64,000 nt of DNA from assembly GCF_001194135.2 (NCBI RefSeq), contig NC_069002.1, positions 13,063,708-13,127,707 of the forward strand, written 5' to 3'. The notes beneath the pieces were generated by a model that saw nothing but the letters and a program-made list of their open reading frames with translations, was not told the DNA's origin and ran no database searches. Source of the DNA: Octopus bimaculoides. Its lineage: Eukaryota. This document shows, one piece after another, positions 13,079 through 26,448 of the stretch (within the stretch, counting starts at the first letter, position 1; each line of letters begins with the position of its first letter). The position numbers were made by a program, and so were the translations under genes.

Positions 13079-15469
13079 CTTTCTCTATTCCCGAGCGTTA
13101 AACTAATACATCCTTTTGTTGTTTACACCACCTGTCCTCGTCTGTTGTTTTTTTCATAAATTCTCCTAGGTATATATACATACATGTACACACATACAGG
13201 TACAAGCATGGCTATGTGGTAAGAAGTTTGCTTTTCGATCACATGGTTCAGGGTTCAGTCCCACTGTATGGAACTTTGGGCAAGTGTCTTCTGCTTAGCT
13301 CTTATGGCCCAAGGCCTTGAGTAGATTTGGTCAACAGAAACTGAAAGAAGCCTGTTGTGTATGTACACACACATTTGTTTGCCTCCCACCAATTTGACAA
13401 CTGTTGTTGGTTCGTTTATGTCCTTGTAATTTAGTGGTTCAACAAAACAAAAGAGAATGACAAAATAAATACCAGGCTTTAAGAAATGTTTTGGCTGCTA
13501 TTTCTAATTTTCGGTGTGTGGTGAAGCAATTCTTGTTGAACCCTAAATTTTAAATTATGTTTATATATTTACCAATAATGGTTTTTTAACACACCGAACT
13601 ACTTGGTAAAATTACTAATTATTAATTAATTAATAATTTTTACCCTATATCTATATATATATATATGTCATCATCATCATCGTTTAACGTCCGCTTTCCA
13701 TGCTAGCATGGGTTGGATGATTTGACTGAGGACTGGTGAAACCAGAAGGCTGCACCAGGCTCCAATCTGATTTGGCAGAGTTTCTACAGTTGGATGCCCT
13801 TCCTAATGCCAACCACTCTGATAGTGTAGTGTCACCTGCACGAAGGCTAGTCAGGCGGTACTGGCAACGGCCATGCTCAAAATGGTGTATTTTATGTGCC
13901 ACCCGCACAAGAGCCAGTCCAGGGGTACTGGCAACAATCTCGCTCGAAAGTCCTTACACATGCCACGGGCACAAGTGCCAGAAAGGCGACGCTGGGTACA
14001 GGTGCCATCACGGTTTCGCCTTCGCTTGCCCCAATAAGTCTTTGCAAGCTGAGTTTCGTGTCCAATGAAGGAGACAACGTTGGCATGGGTGCCAGTCGTC
14101 GATATATATATATATATCATCATCATCATTGTTTAACGTCCGCTTTCCATGCTAGCATGGGTTGGACGATTTGACTGAGGACTGGTGAAACCGGATGGCA
14201 ACACCAGATGGCAACACCTGGGCTGGCTCTTGTGCGAGTGACACATGAGACGCACCATTTTGAGCTTGACCGTTGCCAGTGCCGCCTGGCTGGCCTTCAT
14301 GCGGGTGACACGTAAAAGCACCCACTACACTTTCTGAATGGTTGGCGTTAGGAAGGGCATCCAGCTGTAGAAACACTGCCAAATCAGATTGGAGCCTGGT
14401 GTAGCCATCTGGTTTCACCAGTTCTCAGTCAAATCGTCCAACCCATGCTAGCTTGGAAAGCGGACGTTAAACGATGATGATGATGATGATGATGATATAT
14501 ATATATACATCACATGAAGCTCGCCCCCTCCCACTTATCTCAGGGCTCATAGTCCTGTGAACTCTATGCAAACCTCAATAGTGCAGGTGACACAGAAAAA
14601 ACACCCAGTTCACACTGTAAAACGGTTTGTGTTAGAAAAGGGATCAAGCTGTAAAAACCATGCCAAAGCAGACATTGGGGTCGATGCCATCCTTGGACAC
14701 CTTTGATCCTGTCAAACTTTCCACCATGGAGTATGGACATAAAATGATGAGAATAAAAGATACATAAATGTTTCCACAAGAAGAGTTTTACACACACACA
14801 AACACATGCACAGACACACAAACATATGAACACACACGTCTGAGAGTGTTTCTGTGTGGAAGTGAATGTGGGTGTGCATAACCTAGAAAAGACTGAGAAA
14901 TGTAGAAAAGATAAGGTTGGAATTGTTGTTTAAAAGGCAGAGAAGAGAAGATCTGTGAGATTATTAGAAAAGATAAAGGTGGTGGGGTGAGTTGTGAGAG
15001 GAGAGAGAGAGAGAGATTTAGTTAACATACACAACAATTCCTTAGATAATATTCTCTCTGAAATAACAAACAAGCTGTCAAAGGTACACAAACACACATA
15101 CATATGCATAAATACATACATACATAAATATATATATATATATATATATNNNNNNNNNNNNNNNNNNNNNNNNNNNNNNNNNNNNNNNNNNNNNNNNNNN
15201 NNNNNNNNNNNNNNNNNNNNNNNNNNNNNNNNNNNNNNNNNNNNNNNNNNNNNNNNNNNNNNNNNNNNNNNNNNNNNNNNNNNNNNNNNNNNNNNNNNNN
15301 NNNNNNNNNNNNNNNNNNNNNNNNNNNNNNNNNNNNNNNNNNNNNNNNNNNNNNNNNNNNNNNNNNNNNNNNNNNNNNNNNNNNNNNNNNNNNNNNNNNN
15401 NNNNNNNNNNNNNNNNNNNNNNNNNNNNNNNNNNNNNNNNNNNNNNNNNNNNNNNNNNNNNNNNNNNNN

Positions 15470-15511
<42 letters not shown>

Positions 15512-16351
15512 TCATACACATATCTATATATAAATTCCTACATATGCTTGGAAACAGGTGAAGGTTAGCAATAGAAAGGGCATTTGGCCATAAAATAGCA
15601 AATTCCGTCTGACTCATGCAGGCACGGAAAAATGGATGTTAAAATGATGACTTTTACAGACACACAAGCAACATTGCTCATTTTCAGTGTTCTATGGATA
15701 ACATGTCTGGTCATGGGGAAATAGTACCTTTCTTGGAAACAGGTAAGGGTTGATGACAGGAAGGACATCCAGCTGTAGGAAATCTGCATCAATGAACTTC
15801 ATTTGACCCAGGCAAACATGGAAAAGTGGACGTCAAATGATGATGATGATGATGATGGTGATTGTGTATTTTTGCAGTTGAAGTAGACAAGATCATTATG
15901 GCACCAGTTTAGGTTTGATGTAAGGTGTCTAGACTGCATGTGAAAGGTGTTGAGATGTAGAGTGTTAGGAAGGAGTGAAAGGTGATATCAAGTATATAGG
16001 AATGGGTGTTGGAGAGGATGTCAAGAAGTTTATTAATGCATAAGAGAAGTGTAGAAGGGAGGGGGGATAATCAAAACCAAACCCTGAGACACACAGGAAT
16101 TAATAAGTGTGTGGGTGCTGTTTTTCTCAGATGGTGCCCAACTGACCATACTATACTGTGTAGTCGACAAAATCAAAAACAATGTGCATAATTAAGAATA
16201 TAAAATGGCAACAATTTACCCATTGCATCCTGAATATATATACAAACACACACACATACAGTACTGATCCGTGATAGAAAATTCAATAAAAGAAGTACTC
16301 TATCTGGTGAGAGACAAATATTATTTATTTATAGGTCACCTTTAAATAAAT

Positions 16352-16383
<32 letters not shown>

Positions 16384-16694
16384 TCATCATCATCATCGTT
16401 TAACGTCCGCCTTCCATGCTAGCATGGGTTGGACGATTTGACTGAGGACTGGTGAACCAGATGGCTGCACCAGGCTCCAATCTGATTTGGAAGAGTTTCT
16501 ACAGCTGGATGCCCTTCTTAACGCCTACCACTCAGAGAGTGTAGTGGGTGCTTTTACGTGCCACCGGCATGAAGGCCAGTCAGGCGGTACTGGCAATGGC
16601 CACACTCAAAATGATGTATTTTATGTGCCACCTGCACAGCAGCCAGTCCAGCAGTACTGGCAACGATCTTGCTCGAATGTCTTTACACGTGCCT

Positions 16695-16746
<52 letters not shown>

Positions 16747-18729
16747 CGGGTTTCTTTCAGTTTCCCTTTATCAAAACCACTCACGAGTCTTTGGTTGGCC
16801 TCGTGAAAGACCCTTGCCCAAGGTGCTACACAGCAAGCTTCTTACGACACAGCTACGCCTGTGCTTATGATAGGATTTTTTTAAACATCGAATGGCTATG
16901 AGGGCCTGTGCAAATGAAATAGGGATCAAAGGGGTCCATAGGTAAAAAATAAAAAAAATAGGTCCTGGTTGCTCTGATGGACAGACATGAGATCTTGTGT
17001 TAGGGAAGCTGTTCTGATGTCATTTATGAGGAAGAGAAATTCAAAGTGAAAGAGAAAGTTGTTAATGGGTGATTCCATCACATTTGTAATATTGGGTGTG
17101 TCTGTGGTAGGATGACAAATGTCAGGGTCAGAGAATGGGAAGCGTTGCAGTAGGATTCCAAAGAATATTGCATTTTGTTTCGTTTTTTTTTTTTCTGAGG
17201 TTGATAAAATAAAATACCAGATAAGAAATGCCTTGTTTGTGGATTTGGTAGATGGAAACAGAGAGAATCCTGAGAGCATTACACTGTAGAACACTGCCTC
17301 AATATATCTCAAGCAAACTGTGCCACAATGGAAAGAGCAAATGTGAAAATGATAATAGTGACGGTGCTGATGATGATAGTGATGGTGATGATACAAAATG
17401 ATAAAAGTTGGCAAATTTCTATAAGTTGCAGGGTAGATAAGAATACTGATCATTTTTAGCAAAGCCTTTTGTCAAGGAGATAGAGAAAGAGAGATATATA
17501 AAAAAAAATATCTATGATAGCACTGAGAATATAGGTTTCCTCCTTAGAATCTGCTTATTTTTGCATCTAACTTTTATTTACACGAGCTGGAATATGAAAT
17601 TGTTTTCGTCTAGGCAGGAAGCCAGGTCATACAACTGTATGAGAGAGCACTGATATTAATAAAGAATTTCTTTATCCTTTCCTCTCAGTCTTATCCTAAC
17701 AGTGGACCCCATTAATAAAATTTATTCCTTCTCTCTTTTAAGTGTATATATATATATATATAAACGATAATAAGAGTGAAAAAACTACAGAAGGCTTGTG
17801 TTACATGGTTAAAGTATATATTTAAATTATGTCAGAAAAATGTAATAAAAATGTAATAAAAATGTTATAAAATCTTTTTGGTATATAAACATTATATTTT
17901 GAGAAATAACCGGTTTCGTGTTGTCTTTTCAAATTTCTCTACTTCATTGTGTCGTAAAACAAATGATATATAAGCATATGCATGTATATCTACATCTACA
18001 TGTATATATAGATGCATATTTGGGTACAGGACGTTAGAAAAATGAACGGGAGCATAAAAAACAAAATGGACTTTGTTTACAGACAACAGAACGAACACAT
18101 AGGAAAACAAACAAGCCACTTGGAATTATTCCTTCATTAGCTGCCTCTATTCTAAAACTAGGCGTTTTGAAGATAAGGCAGGGCACTCTTAGAGTAGTTT
18201 CTTCCTGAGTAGTAGATTAACCTAATATGTACATACATACACATATATACACACACACATATATATACATACACACACACACACACACATACATACACAC
18301 ACACACACACACATTATTAATAAAGCTGGAAAGGCATCAAACAAACTGTTACTCAGAGTTTCACATTCTGATTTGTCAGACAGTTTTGGTGTGTACACAC
18401 ATACATTCTTTTACTTGTTTCAGTCATCTGGCTGCGGCCATGCTGGAGCACCACTTTTAGCTGAACAAATCAACCCCAGAACATATTCTTTGTAAGTTTA
18501 GTACTTATCCTACCAGTTCCTTTTGCTGAACTGCTAAGTTACAGGGACGTAAACACCAACTTCGGTTGTCAAGTGATGATGGGGGGGGGGGACAAACACA
18601 GACACACAAACATATACACACCAAATCCACTGACGAGGCTTTGGTTGGCCCAAGGCTATAGTAGAAGACACTTGCCCAAGGTGTCATGCAGTGGGACTGA
18701 ACCCAGAACCATGTGGTTGGTAAGCACTG

Positions 18730-19400
18730 GGTCTGGGAAGCTAGGAGGCTGAACCAGGCTCCAGTCTGATCTGACAGTGTTTCTACAGCTGGATGTCCTT
18801 CCTAATGCCAACCACTCTGAGAGTGTAGTGGGTGCTTTTTACGTGCCACCAGCACAGGGGCCAGAGGAGGCTGGCAACGACCACAATTGGTTGGTGCTTT
18901 TTACGTACCACTGGCACGGGGATCACAACTACAATTTCCATTTGATTTTGATTTTTATGTACTTGACTCAATAGGTCTCCTCAAGCACAGCATGTTGCCC
19001 TACAATCCAAGGTACTTTTGAGTGGGCTGGCTATGTGACACTAGTGTAGGTTACAACTGTGAAATCACTTTATTTGCTGGGTCTTCTCAGTCACTGCATA
19101 TCTCCAGAGGTTTCGGTCTTTTGTCATTGCCTCTGAGGCCCAACGTTCAAAGGTCATGCTTCACCACCTCATCCCATGTCTTCCTAGGTCTCCCTCTACC
19201 CTGGATTCCTTCAACTGTTTGGGAGTGGCACTTCTTCACACAGCTCTCCTCATCCATCCATAGTACATGACCATACCAACGCAAACGTCTCTCTTGCACG
19301 CCGCATCCGATGCTTCTCAGGGCACCTACACTCTGTCGTTTGTGCACACTGACACTACACATCCAGCGGATCATGCTAGCTTCATTTCTTTCGATGTTTA
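18730..19400 (-). mobile_element. 5'-truncated RTE-clade LINE (RT C-terminus and 3' UTR)
   Basis: ERNEASMIRWMC...RRLRWYGHVLWMDE...VEGIQGRGRPRKTWDEVVKHDL is the RTE/BovB-type C-terminus; the downstream part shares sequence with the abundant (GAT)n-tailed repeat. Confidence 0.85.
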
Positions 19401-19743
19401 ACACTTTCTTTACTCTCAGTGTCCTGTCAACAGGGATCTCAGTCCACACAGTATGAAGATATGATATAAAGGAGCACTCTGTCAGTAACAACGACGAGGG
19501 TCCCAGCTGATACAATCAACGGAACAGCTTGCTCATGATGTAGGCGATTTCTTTTCTGTCTTTGGACTTTTCCTTTTCTCCTTTCTGACGAAGAGTTATG
19601 CTCTAAATGTCGAAAACTCTCTCTTCTTACTGAGCATCAAACTAATACATTCCTTGTGCACATCCTCTTGTTATCTGCTCTTGTCAACTTTATTGTTCAT
19701 TTATCTGAATTGACTATGTGTATGTGTATACATATGCATATAT

Positions 19744-19790
<47 letters not shown>

Positions 19791-20788
19791 TATATATATA
19801 TACATATATACACACACACACATATATATATATATGCATATACACACACATATACACAAATGTGGAGGTGCGTAGCTTAGTGGTTAGAGTCTTGTACTCA
19901 TGATCATAAGATTGTGGTTTTGATTCCTGGACTGGGTGATGCACTGTGTTCTTGAGCAAAACTCTTCATTTCATGTTACTCCAGTCCACTCAGCTGGCAA
20001 AAATAAGTAATCCTGCTACGGACCAGCGTTCCGGTCCAGGTGGGGGATATATACGCCATGAAACCGGCCCTTGTGAATCAGCAAGACTTGAGAAGGTAAC
20101 TTTACCTTTACCATATGTATGTGTGTGCATGTGCACACACACACACGTTTTCTGAAGGCAGACAAAAGTACCTGAACTTGTAAACATTCTTATACACATG
20201 TATGCATATACTACACACATACTTCATATATTATACATAGATATTTTATGCATAAACATATTCATGTCATTTTCACTGAGTGTGTGTGAATGTGTGTGTA
20301 TACCATCACCAACAACATTGTTATCGCCATTATAACCATCATCATTATCATTGTCGTCATCATCACCACCATCATTATTATCCTCCTCATCGCGCTCATC
20401 ATAACGAGCTCGGGACTGACGTCAATTCCTCTTGGTGCTGACGTGAGTCGACAGAAGATGTAAAGATGAAATACTGACATAAACGAAAATATTTTGGTTT
20501 CAGTTGAGGAAATTGCTGGAATATTAAGTGTGGGTGCGGCGGAGACGGCAGAAAAGGTGTAAAATATATTTTGGCTGATGGTTACTATTACTACCAGCAT
20601 GGTGGCATAGTGTGTTGGGTAATCCTGCAATGTTAACGACTGCGCTGCCATCATCGCCTGCACCGCCACCCACCTACTTCAGGTAAGTAACTGCTCTGAG
20701 TATACCAGGTATGTTGACGTAGTTTCACTTTGTTGTCAATTCATGATTCACCTTCAAAACTATAAATATATGTACGTGCGTGCATGCA

Positions 20789-20830
<42 letters not shown>

Positions 20831-21083
20831 CACTATATATACTATTTTACTTGTTTCAGTCATTTGACTGCAGCCATGCTGGAGCACTGCCTTTAGTCGA
20901 GCAAATCGACCCCAGGACTTATTCTTTGTAAGCCTAGTACTTATTCTATCGGTCTCTTTTTGCCGAACCGCTAAGTTACGGGGACGTAAACACACTAGCA
21001 TCGGTTGACAAGTGATGTTGGGGGCACAAACACAGACACACAAACATACACACACACACATATATACACAGACACACAAACAT

Positions 21084-21114
<31 letters not shown>

Positions 21115-21859
21115 CATATACATACATACATACGACGGGCTCCTTTCAGTTTCCGTCTACCAAATCCACTCACAAGGCTTTGGTCGGCCCGAGGCTATAG
21201 TAGAAGACACTTGCCCAAGATGACAAGCAGTGGGACTGAACCCGGAACCATGTGGTTTGTAAGCAAGCTACTTACCACACAGTCACTCCTATGCCTATAT
21301 ATAGATATGTGTATATTTATATACACACACATATGATTTCACTTTTGTATTTGTTATTGGCATAATGACCCGCCCTGGATAGTGTGTGTGTGTGTGTGTG
21401 ATATTGGATGTTAAATGATGATGATGATATGCATGTATGTGTATGCATGTCGCTACTCTTTCTAGTGACAAGAAAACAAAAACAACAGTAATAACAACAA
21501 CAACAAAACTGCAACGAGAAGAACAAAACAAGAACAAGAGGAAGATCATGTCAAAAACAACAGAACACATTGAATAATGTAGTCCAAGATGTACAATTCT
21601 TGTCCCAAAGAAAATTTCCCTCTGATGTCGAGGTGTGGGAAATTTTAGATTCCAAGGAGGAAATTTGGGGATTCCTGTGGGGAATTGGTTTTAGATTGAA
21701 TATCTCCTTATTAGCATTGGCATCCTTTTTGGTGGTAAGTTGGCAAAACCATGACTGCATTGGACAAAATGCTTAACGGCATTTCTTTTGGTTCTTTATA
21801 TTCTGAGTTCAAAAGCTGGCAGGGTCAACTTTACCTTTCATTTTTTCAGGGTTAATGTT

Positions 21860-22253
21860 GGCGCAGGAGTGGCTGTGTGGTAAGTAGCTTGCTTACCAAC
21901 CACATGGTTCCGGGTCCAGTCCCACTGTGTGGCACCTTGGGCAAGTGTCTTCTACTATAGCCTCGGGCCGACCAAAGCCTTGTGAGTGGATTTGGTAGAC
22001 GGAAACTGAAAGAAGCCCGTCGTATATATGTATATATATGTATGTGTGTTTGTATGTCTGTGTTTGTCCCCCCAGCATTGTTTGACAACCGATGCTGGTG
22101 TGTTTAGGTCCCCTTAACTTAGCGGTTCGGCAAAAAGAGACCGATAGAATAAGTACTAGGCTTACAAAGAATAAGTCCTGGGGTCAATTTGCTCGACTAT
22201 AGGCGGTGCTCCAGCATGGCCGCAGTCAAATGACTGAAACAAGTAAAAGAGTA
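21860..22253 (+). mobile_element. tRNA-derived CORE-like SINE, family A (representative full copy)
   Basis: A box TGGCTGTGTGG, B box GGTTCAGTCCC, CORE-like GGGCAAGTGTCTT, internal (TA)/(TG) microsatellite, 3' AAGTAAAAGAGTA. Other copies at about 5219-5590(+), 9347-9747(-), 18405-18720(-), 20842-21296(-), 26213-27056(+), 40170-40566(-), 59030-59430(-), 61725-62090(+), plus many fragments. Confidence 0.9.
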
Positions 22254-22319
22254 CTACAATCAATATAGTTGACTTTACTACCTCTCTTCACAATTGCTAA
22301 CCTAATGCTAAAACTAGAA

Positions 22320-22322
22320 AGA

Positions 22323-22371
<49 letters not shown>

Positions 22372-23365
22372 GGGTGGCAAGCTGGCAGAATCACGAGCAT
22401 GCAAGGCGAAATGCTTAGCAGTATTTTGCCTTTCGCTACATTCTGAGTTCAAATTGCACCGAGGTCAACTCTGCCTTTCATCCTTTCAGGGTTGATAAAA
22501 TAAGTACCAGTCAAACACTGGGATTGATATAATCGACTAGTCCGCACCACACACATTTGAGGCCTTGTGCTTCCAGTAGAAAGGATTATTATTATTATTA
22601 TTATTATTATTAGGGTTGTGAGCTGGCAGAAATGTTAGCACGCCGGGCAAAACGCTTAGTGGCATTTAATGTCTTTACATTCTCAGTTCAAATTCTGTCG
22701 AAGTCGACTTTGCCTTTCATCCTTTAGGGGTCAATAAAATAAGGACCAGTCAAGCACTGGGGCTGGTGTGATTGACTTACTCCCTCCCACGAAACTGCTG
22801 ACCTCATGTCAAAATTCGAAATCATCATCATCATGATTATTATTATTATTATTTCCTACCCCTGCATGGAAGACGGACGTTAAATGATGATTATCATTAT
22901 TATAAAGGTGGTAACCTGGCAGAATCATTTGCAAGCCAGACAAAATGATCAGTGGCATTCCATCCATCTTTGTGTCCAGAGTTTAAATCCTGCTGAGGTC
23001 AACTTGCCTTCTCATCCTCTCATGATCAATAGAATAAGTACCAGCTGAGCACTGGAGTTGATGTAATCAACTTCCCCCACCACCACTGACACTGTAGGCC
23101 TCATGCCAAAATTTGAAACCATTATTATTATTATTAAGGTGGTAAGCTAGCAGAATCATTTGGATGCCAGACAAAATTTTAACTGGCATTCCATTCATCT
23201 TTATGCTCTGAGTTCAAATTCCACCGAGGTCAACTTTACCTTTCATTCTTTCAGGGTCAATAAAGTAAGCGCTAGTTGAGCTTAGAGGTTGATGTAAGCA
23301 ATTATCCCCCTCTCCCAAAATATCAAGCATCGAGCCCATAGCAGAAAGGATTATTATTATTATCA
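22320..23365 (+). mobile_element. Tandem pile of four family-C-related SINEs separated by (ATT)n tails
   Basis: Four repeated heads (GCTGGCAGAA-like at about 22381, 22622, 22915, 23146), each followed by GAGTT(C/T)AAAT..GAGGTCAACTTTGCC and ending in (ATT)n; a mirror-orientation pile lies at about 5090-6130. Confidence 0.8.
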
Positions 23366-24397
23366 TCATCCTCTTCTTTCAATTTTGTTCCCATTTCTTT
23401 CCAAGTGTCTTCCCGACACCTAGGCCATGGCACTTGAGTAAGACATAAATAAACCCAACATGGTTGGGAAGCTTCTTACCACACAGCTATGCATGCAGCT
23501 ACATATGTATGTAGCATTTAAAATTTATGACAGCTGCTTTGGTAGAATTTCATTTAAGACAGTTGTAAAAGATTATATCATAACATACAATCCACCATCA
23601 TCAGATATGATTTTCAAAACATTAAGATTTTCAAAATGGTAACATTTTAAACATCAATCCAAACATAGCCAATGTTAGCTGGACTAACGATGCATTTAAG
23701 CTTTACATTTGAATAAATAGAAGACTGAAGTGTGGCTTAAAACAGGCAAATGAGAAATAAAAAAGATCATATAAATACACAATCTAAGTTAGTTGATTGT
23801 TTAACAATGATACTAAATAATCTAAGAAATCAATAGACATAGCAATACCAAAGATAGAGATAGATGGATAGATAAACAAATAGATTGATTGGATGAAGAC
23901 AGACGTATAGACTATATGCAATATATAGTAGTATTTATATTGTAACTAAGCTTTTCACTGCAATTTGCCAGAGAGAAAAAATTCTAACTTAAAACAAAAA
24001 AGGTGTTACAACACTATGCTCAACTCAGAGGTATCATTATTGAACTGATGGATGCATTTCAAACTCATTAGTACTCTTCTGCACCAGATGCTGTTGATTT
24101 TAACACCTTTTTGCCTTAAGTAAAACATTTTTCTCCACAACAAACTACAGAGAAAAGCTTTTACAAGTTCAAATACATCTCAAGCATATTTGAACTGGTT
24201 TTAAGTTGATAGAATAAAGATGGTCCTTGGCACTGATAATATTGACTGTGGTCCTTACTACTCAGCAAGAAGTCTAGGTTTGTAAGGGCTGGACCCCAAT
24301 ATTAGGGGAAAGAAACAGATACTGAGAAAAGACAAAGAAAGAGAGAATAAAAGAGACATAAAAAGGAAAGGGAAAATACATTAATAAAAAAACTTAC

Positions 24398-24492
24398 TCT
24401 TTAGCAAAAGCTAACTCTGCAGGTGAAAATAACGAGTGTCCTTCATCTTCACTATTGTCCTTGTTGATATAATGGGCAGCATGAGATTGGAT
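24398..24492 (-). CDS. GINS4: GINS4/SLD5 exon 4
   Basis: CAG/GTAAGT; IQSHAAHYINKDNSEDEGHSLFSPAELAFAK(E) matches SLD5 LSPEELAFARE. Confidence 0.93.
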
Positions 24493-24914
24493 CTGAAGTG
24501 ATTGAATGAGAGAATAAGTGCGATGTTTGGAGGGAGTGAGGGAGGAAGGGAGATGGATGGATGGATGGATGGATGGAGCAGAGAAAGAAGAAAAGGATGA
24601 ATGAATGATGAGTAGCTGGATAAACTGACAGATAGACAGAGACAGACACTTGGAAGATGAATGAACAGACAGAGACAAATGGAAGGACACACAGACAAGT
24701 AGAGGAATGGCTAGAGAGATAAATAGATAGATAGATAGTGGAATGGATGAACAATGAGATGAACAAATAGACAAACAAACAGATAGGATAACGATATACA
24801 AGGTAATTCAAAATAAATGGTACAAAAAGAAAATATACCTGTGAATTATAACGAATATACTGCTAGAAAACAGGTGTAACATGAAAGGCTATCTCTTCAA
24901 GTTTCTACTGACAG

Positions 24915-25165
24915 TCACAGATATTCAACATGGGTGCCCTTTGCCACATGGCAGATGTCTACATGATAGTCTAGTTCTTGCCACACCGGTGCCAGCAGCA
25001 TATCCTTATCGACCGAGTTGACTGTATCACCTATCTGCTACGTTAACTCCTGTGAAAGTTGGGGTATGAACACTTTGTCTTTCAGATACCCTCCCCACAA
25101 AGGAAAGAGCCACAAGAGAGCTAGGTCAGGGGGACCTGAGAGGCCAGACCTTCAATGGTAAATCA
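24915..25165 (-). mobile_element. Tc1/mariner (Tc3/rosa-like) transposase C-terminal fossil
   Basis: WPLRSPDL...WGGYLKDKVF...VDKDMLLAPVWQELDYHVDICHVAKGTHVEYL*. Confidence 0.75.
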
Positions 25166-25994
25166 TTGCCCCAGCATGAAACCATGTGGTTGCAAAGCAA
25201 GCTTCTTAACCACACATTATTCATATTAAAATTTTCGATATGGATTTGCACAAATATATTTCAAACCTCCATACAGCATTTCAATTAACCTTCAGAATAG
25301 TCAGGCAGCTGACCTAATGACCTGGAACTTTTGGGCTAGAAAGATAATCTTTCCAAAGATATATGTGTGTGTGTGTGTGTCTAATTTTATCAAGTTGATG
25401 GATGGATACATACGTGTGTGTGTATGATAAATGAAAAAGACGGAAGATAAAAGATGCGAGAATGTATATTAATCATTACAATTGTTTCGACCCATCTAGC
25501 ATTGATCTCTCATGGGTAGGATACTTAACAACTGGTTTAGGAGTATCCGTCAGCATAGATGTGTCTCTTCAGGTGATTACAAGATGTATCTCAGTAAAAC
25601 AACAGCTGTTCTACAAGATACCTTCTTAGTTTGTGTATAGAAAAGCAACATGTATGTATGTACATGTATTCTTTGTTAGGTTACCAGTTTATATTGTGTG
25701 TGTGTGTGTGTGTGTATGTGAATACACTTTACCAGGTTACTGTTTACAAAGTAAGCATGTATGTATGTATATGTCTGTACTTGTTTAAATTTTTCTCTCA
25801 CTTAAGATTCAGATTCTCTTTCTTTTTATATGAATTCAAATAACAATACACTTTATGTATATTTTAAAATTGGGTCCCTCTTTCTCAGATGCAGAAACAT
25901 CAATGTCCTTTATCTTAAAAAAGAAGAGTAAAAAATAATCAAAGATACTGAGTTGTCATCTAGAAACAGATAAAAAATTAAAAGTGCGTCTTAC

Positions 25995-26048
25995 CTTTTC
26001 TAGACGTATTCGTAAATAACTGTTCAACACAAACCTCACTCGGTCCAG
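25995..26048 (-). CDS. GINS4: GINS4/SLD5 exon 3
   Basis: TAG/GTAAGA; LDRVRFVLNSYLRIRLEK matches SLD5 ERIRYVLSSYLRCRLxK. Confidence 0.95.
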
Positions 26049-26388
26049 CTAGAAATTAAAAATAAAAGATTCAGAATTTAGAAGTAAGTCTGTGTATGTG
26101 ACCATGATTTGGGAGAAGATTACGCTATTATTTCTTCATGGTCAAGTGACCATGTGGAAGTTTTAACGTATCCATTGATAGAAATCAACAAAAGAGGGGG
26201 GGAAATGGTATTGAGGAGTGGCTGTGTGGTAAGTAGCTTGCTTACCAACCACATGGTTCCGGGTTCAGTCCCACTGCGTGGCATCTTGGGCAAGTGTCTT
26301 CTACTATAGCCTCGGGCCGACCAAAGCCTTGTGAGTGGATTTGGTAGACAGAAACTAAAAGAAGGCCGTTGTATATATGTGTGTGTTT

Positions 26389-26448
<60 letters not shown>

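Noticed and set aside
16926-17462. 178-aa minus-strand ORF
   Set aside because: Low complexity with no convincing splice or homology signal; at most a highly decayed retroelement.
20672-20692. TACTTACCTG on the minus strand resembling the U1 snRNA 5' end
   Set aside because: It is only the complement of a consensus 5' splice site; no U1 stem-loops or Sm site follow.
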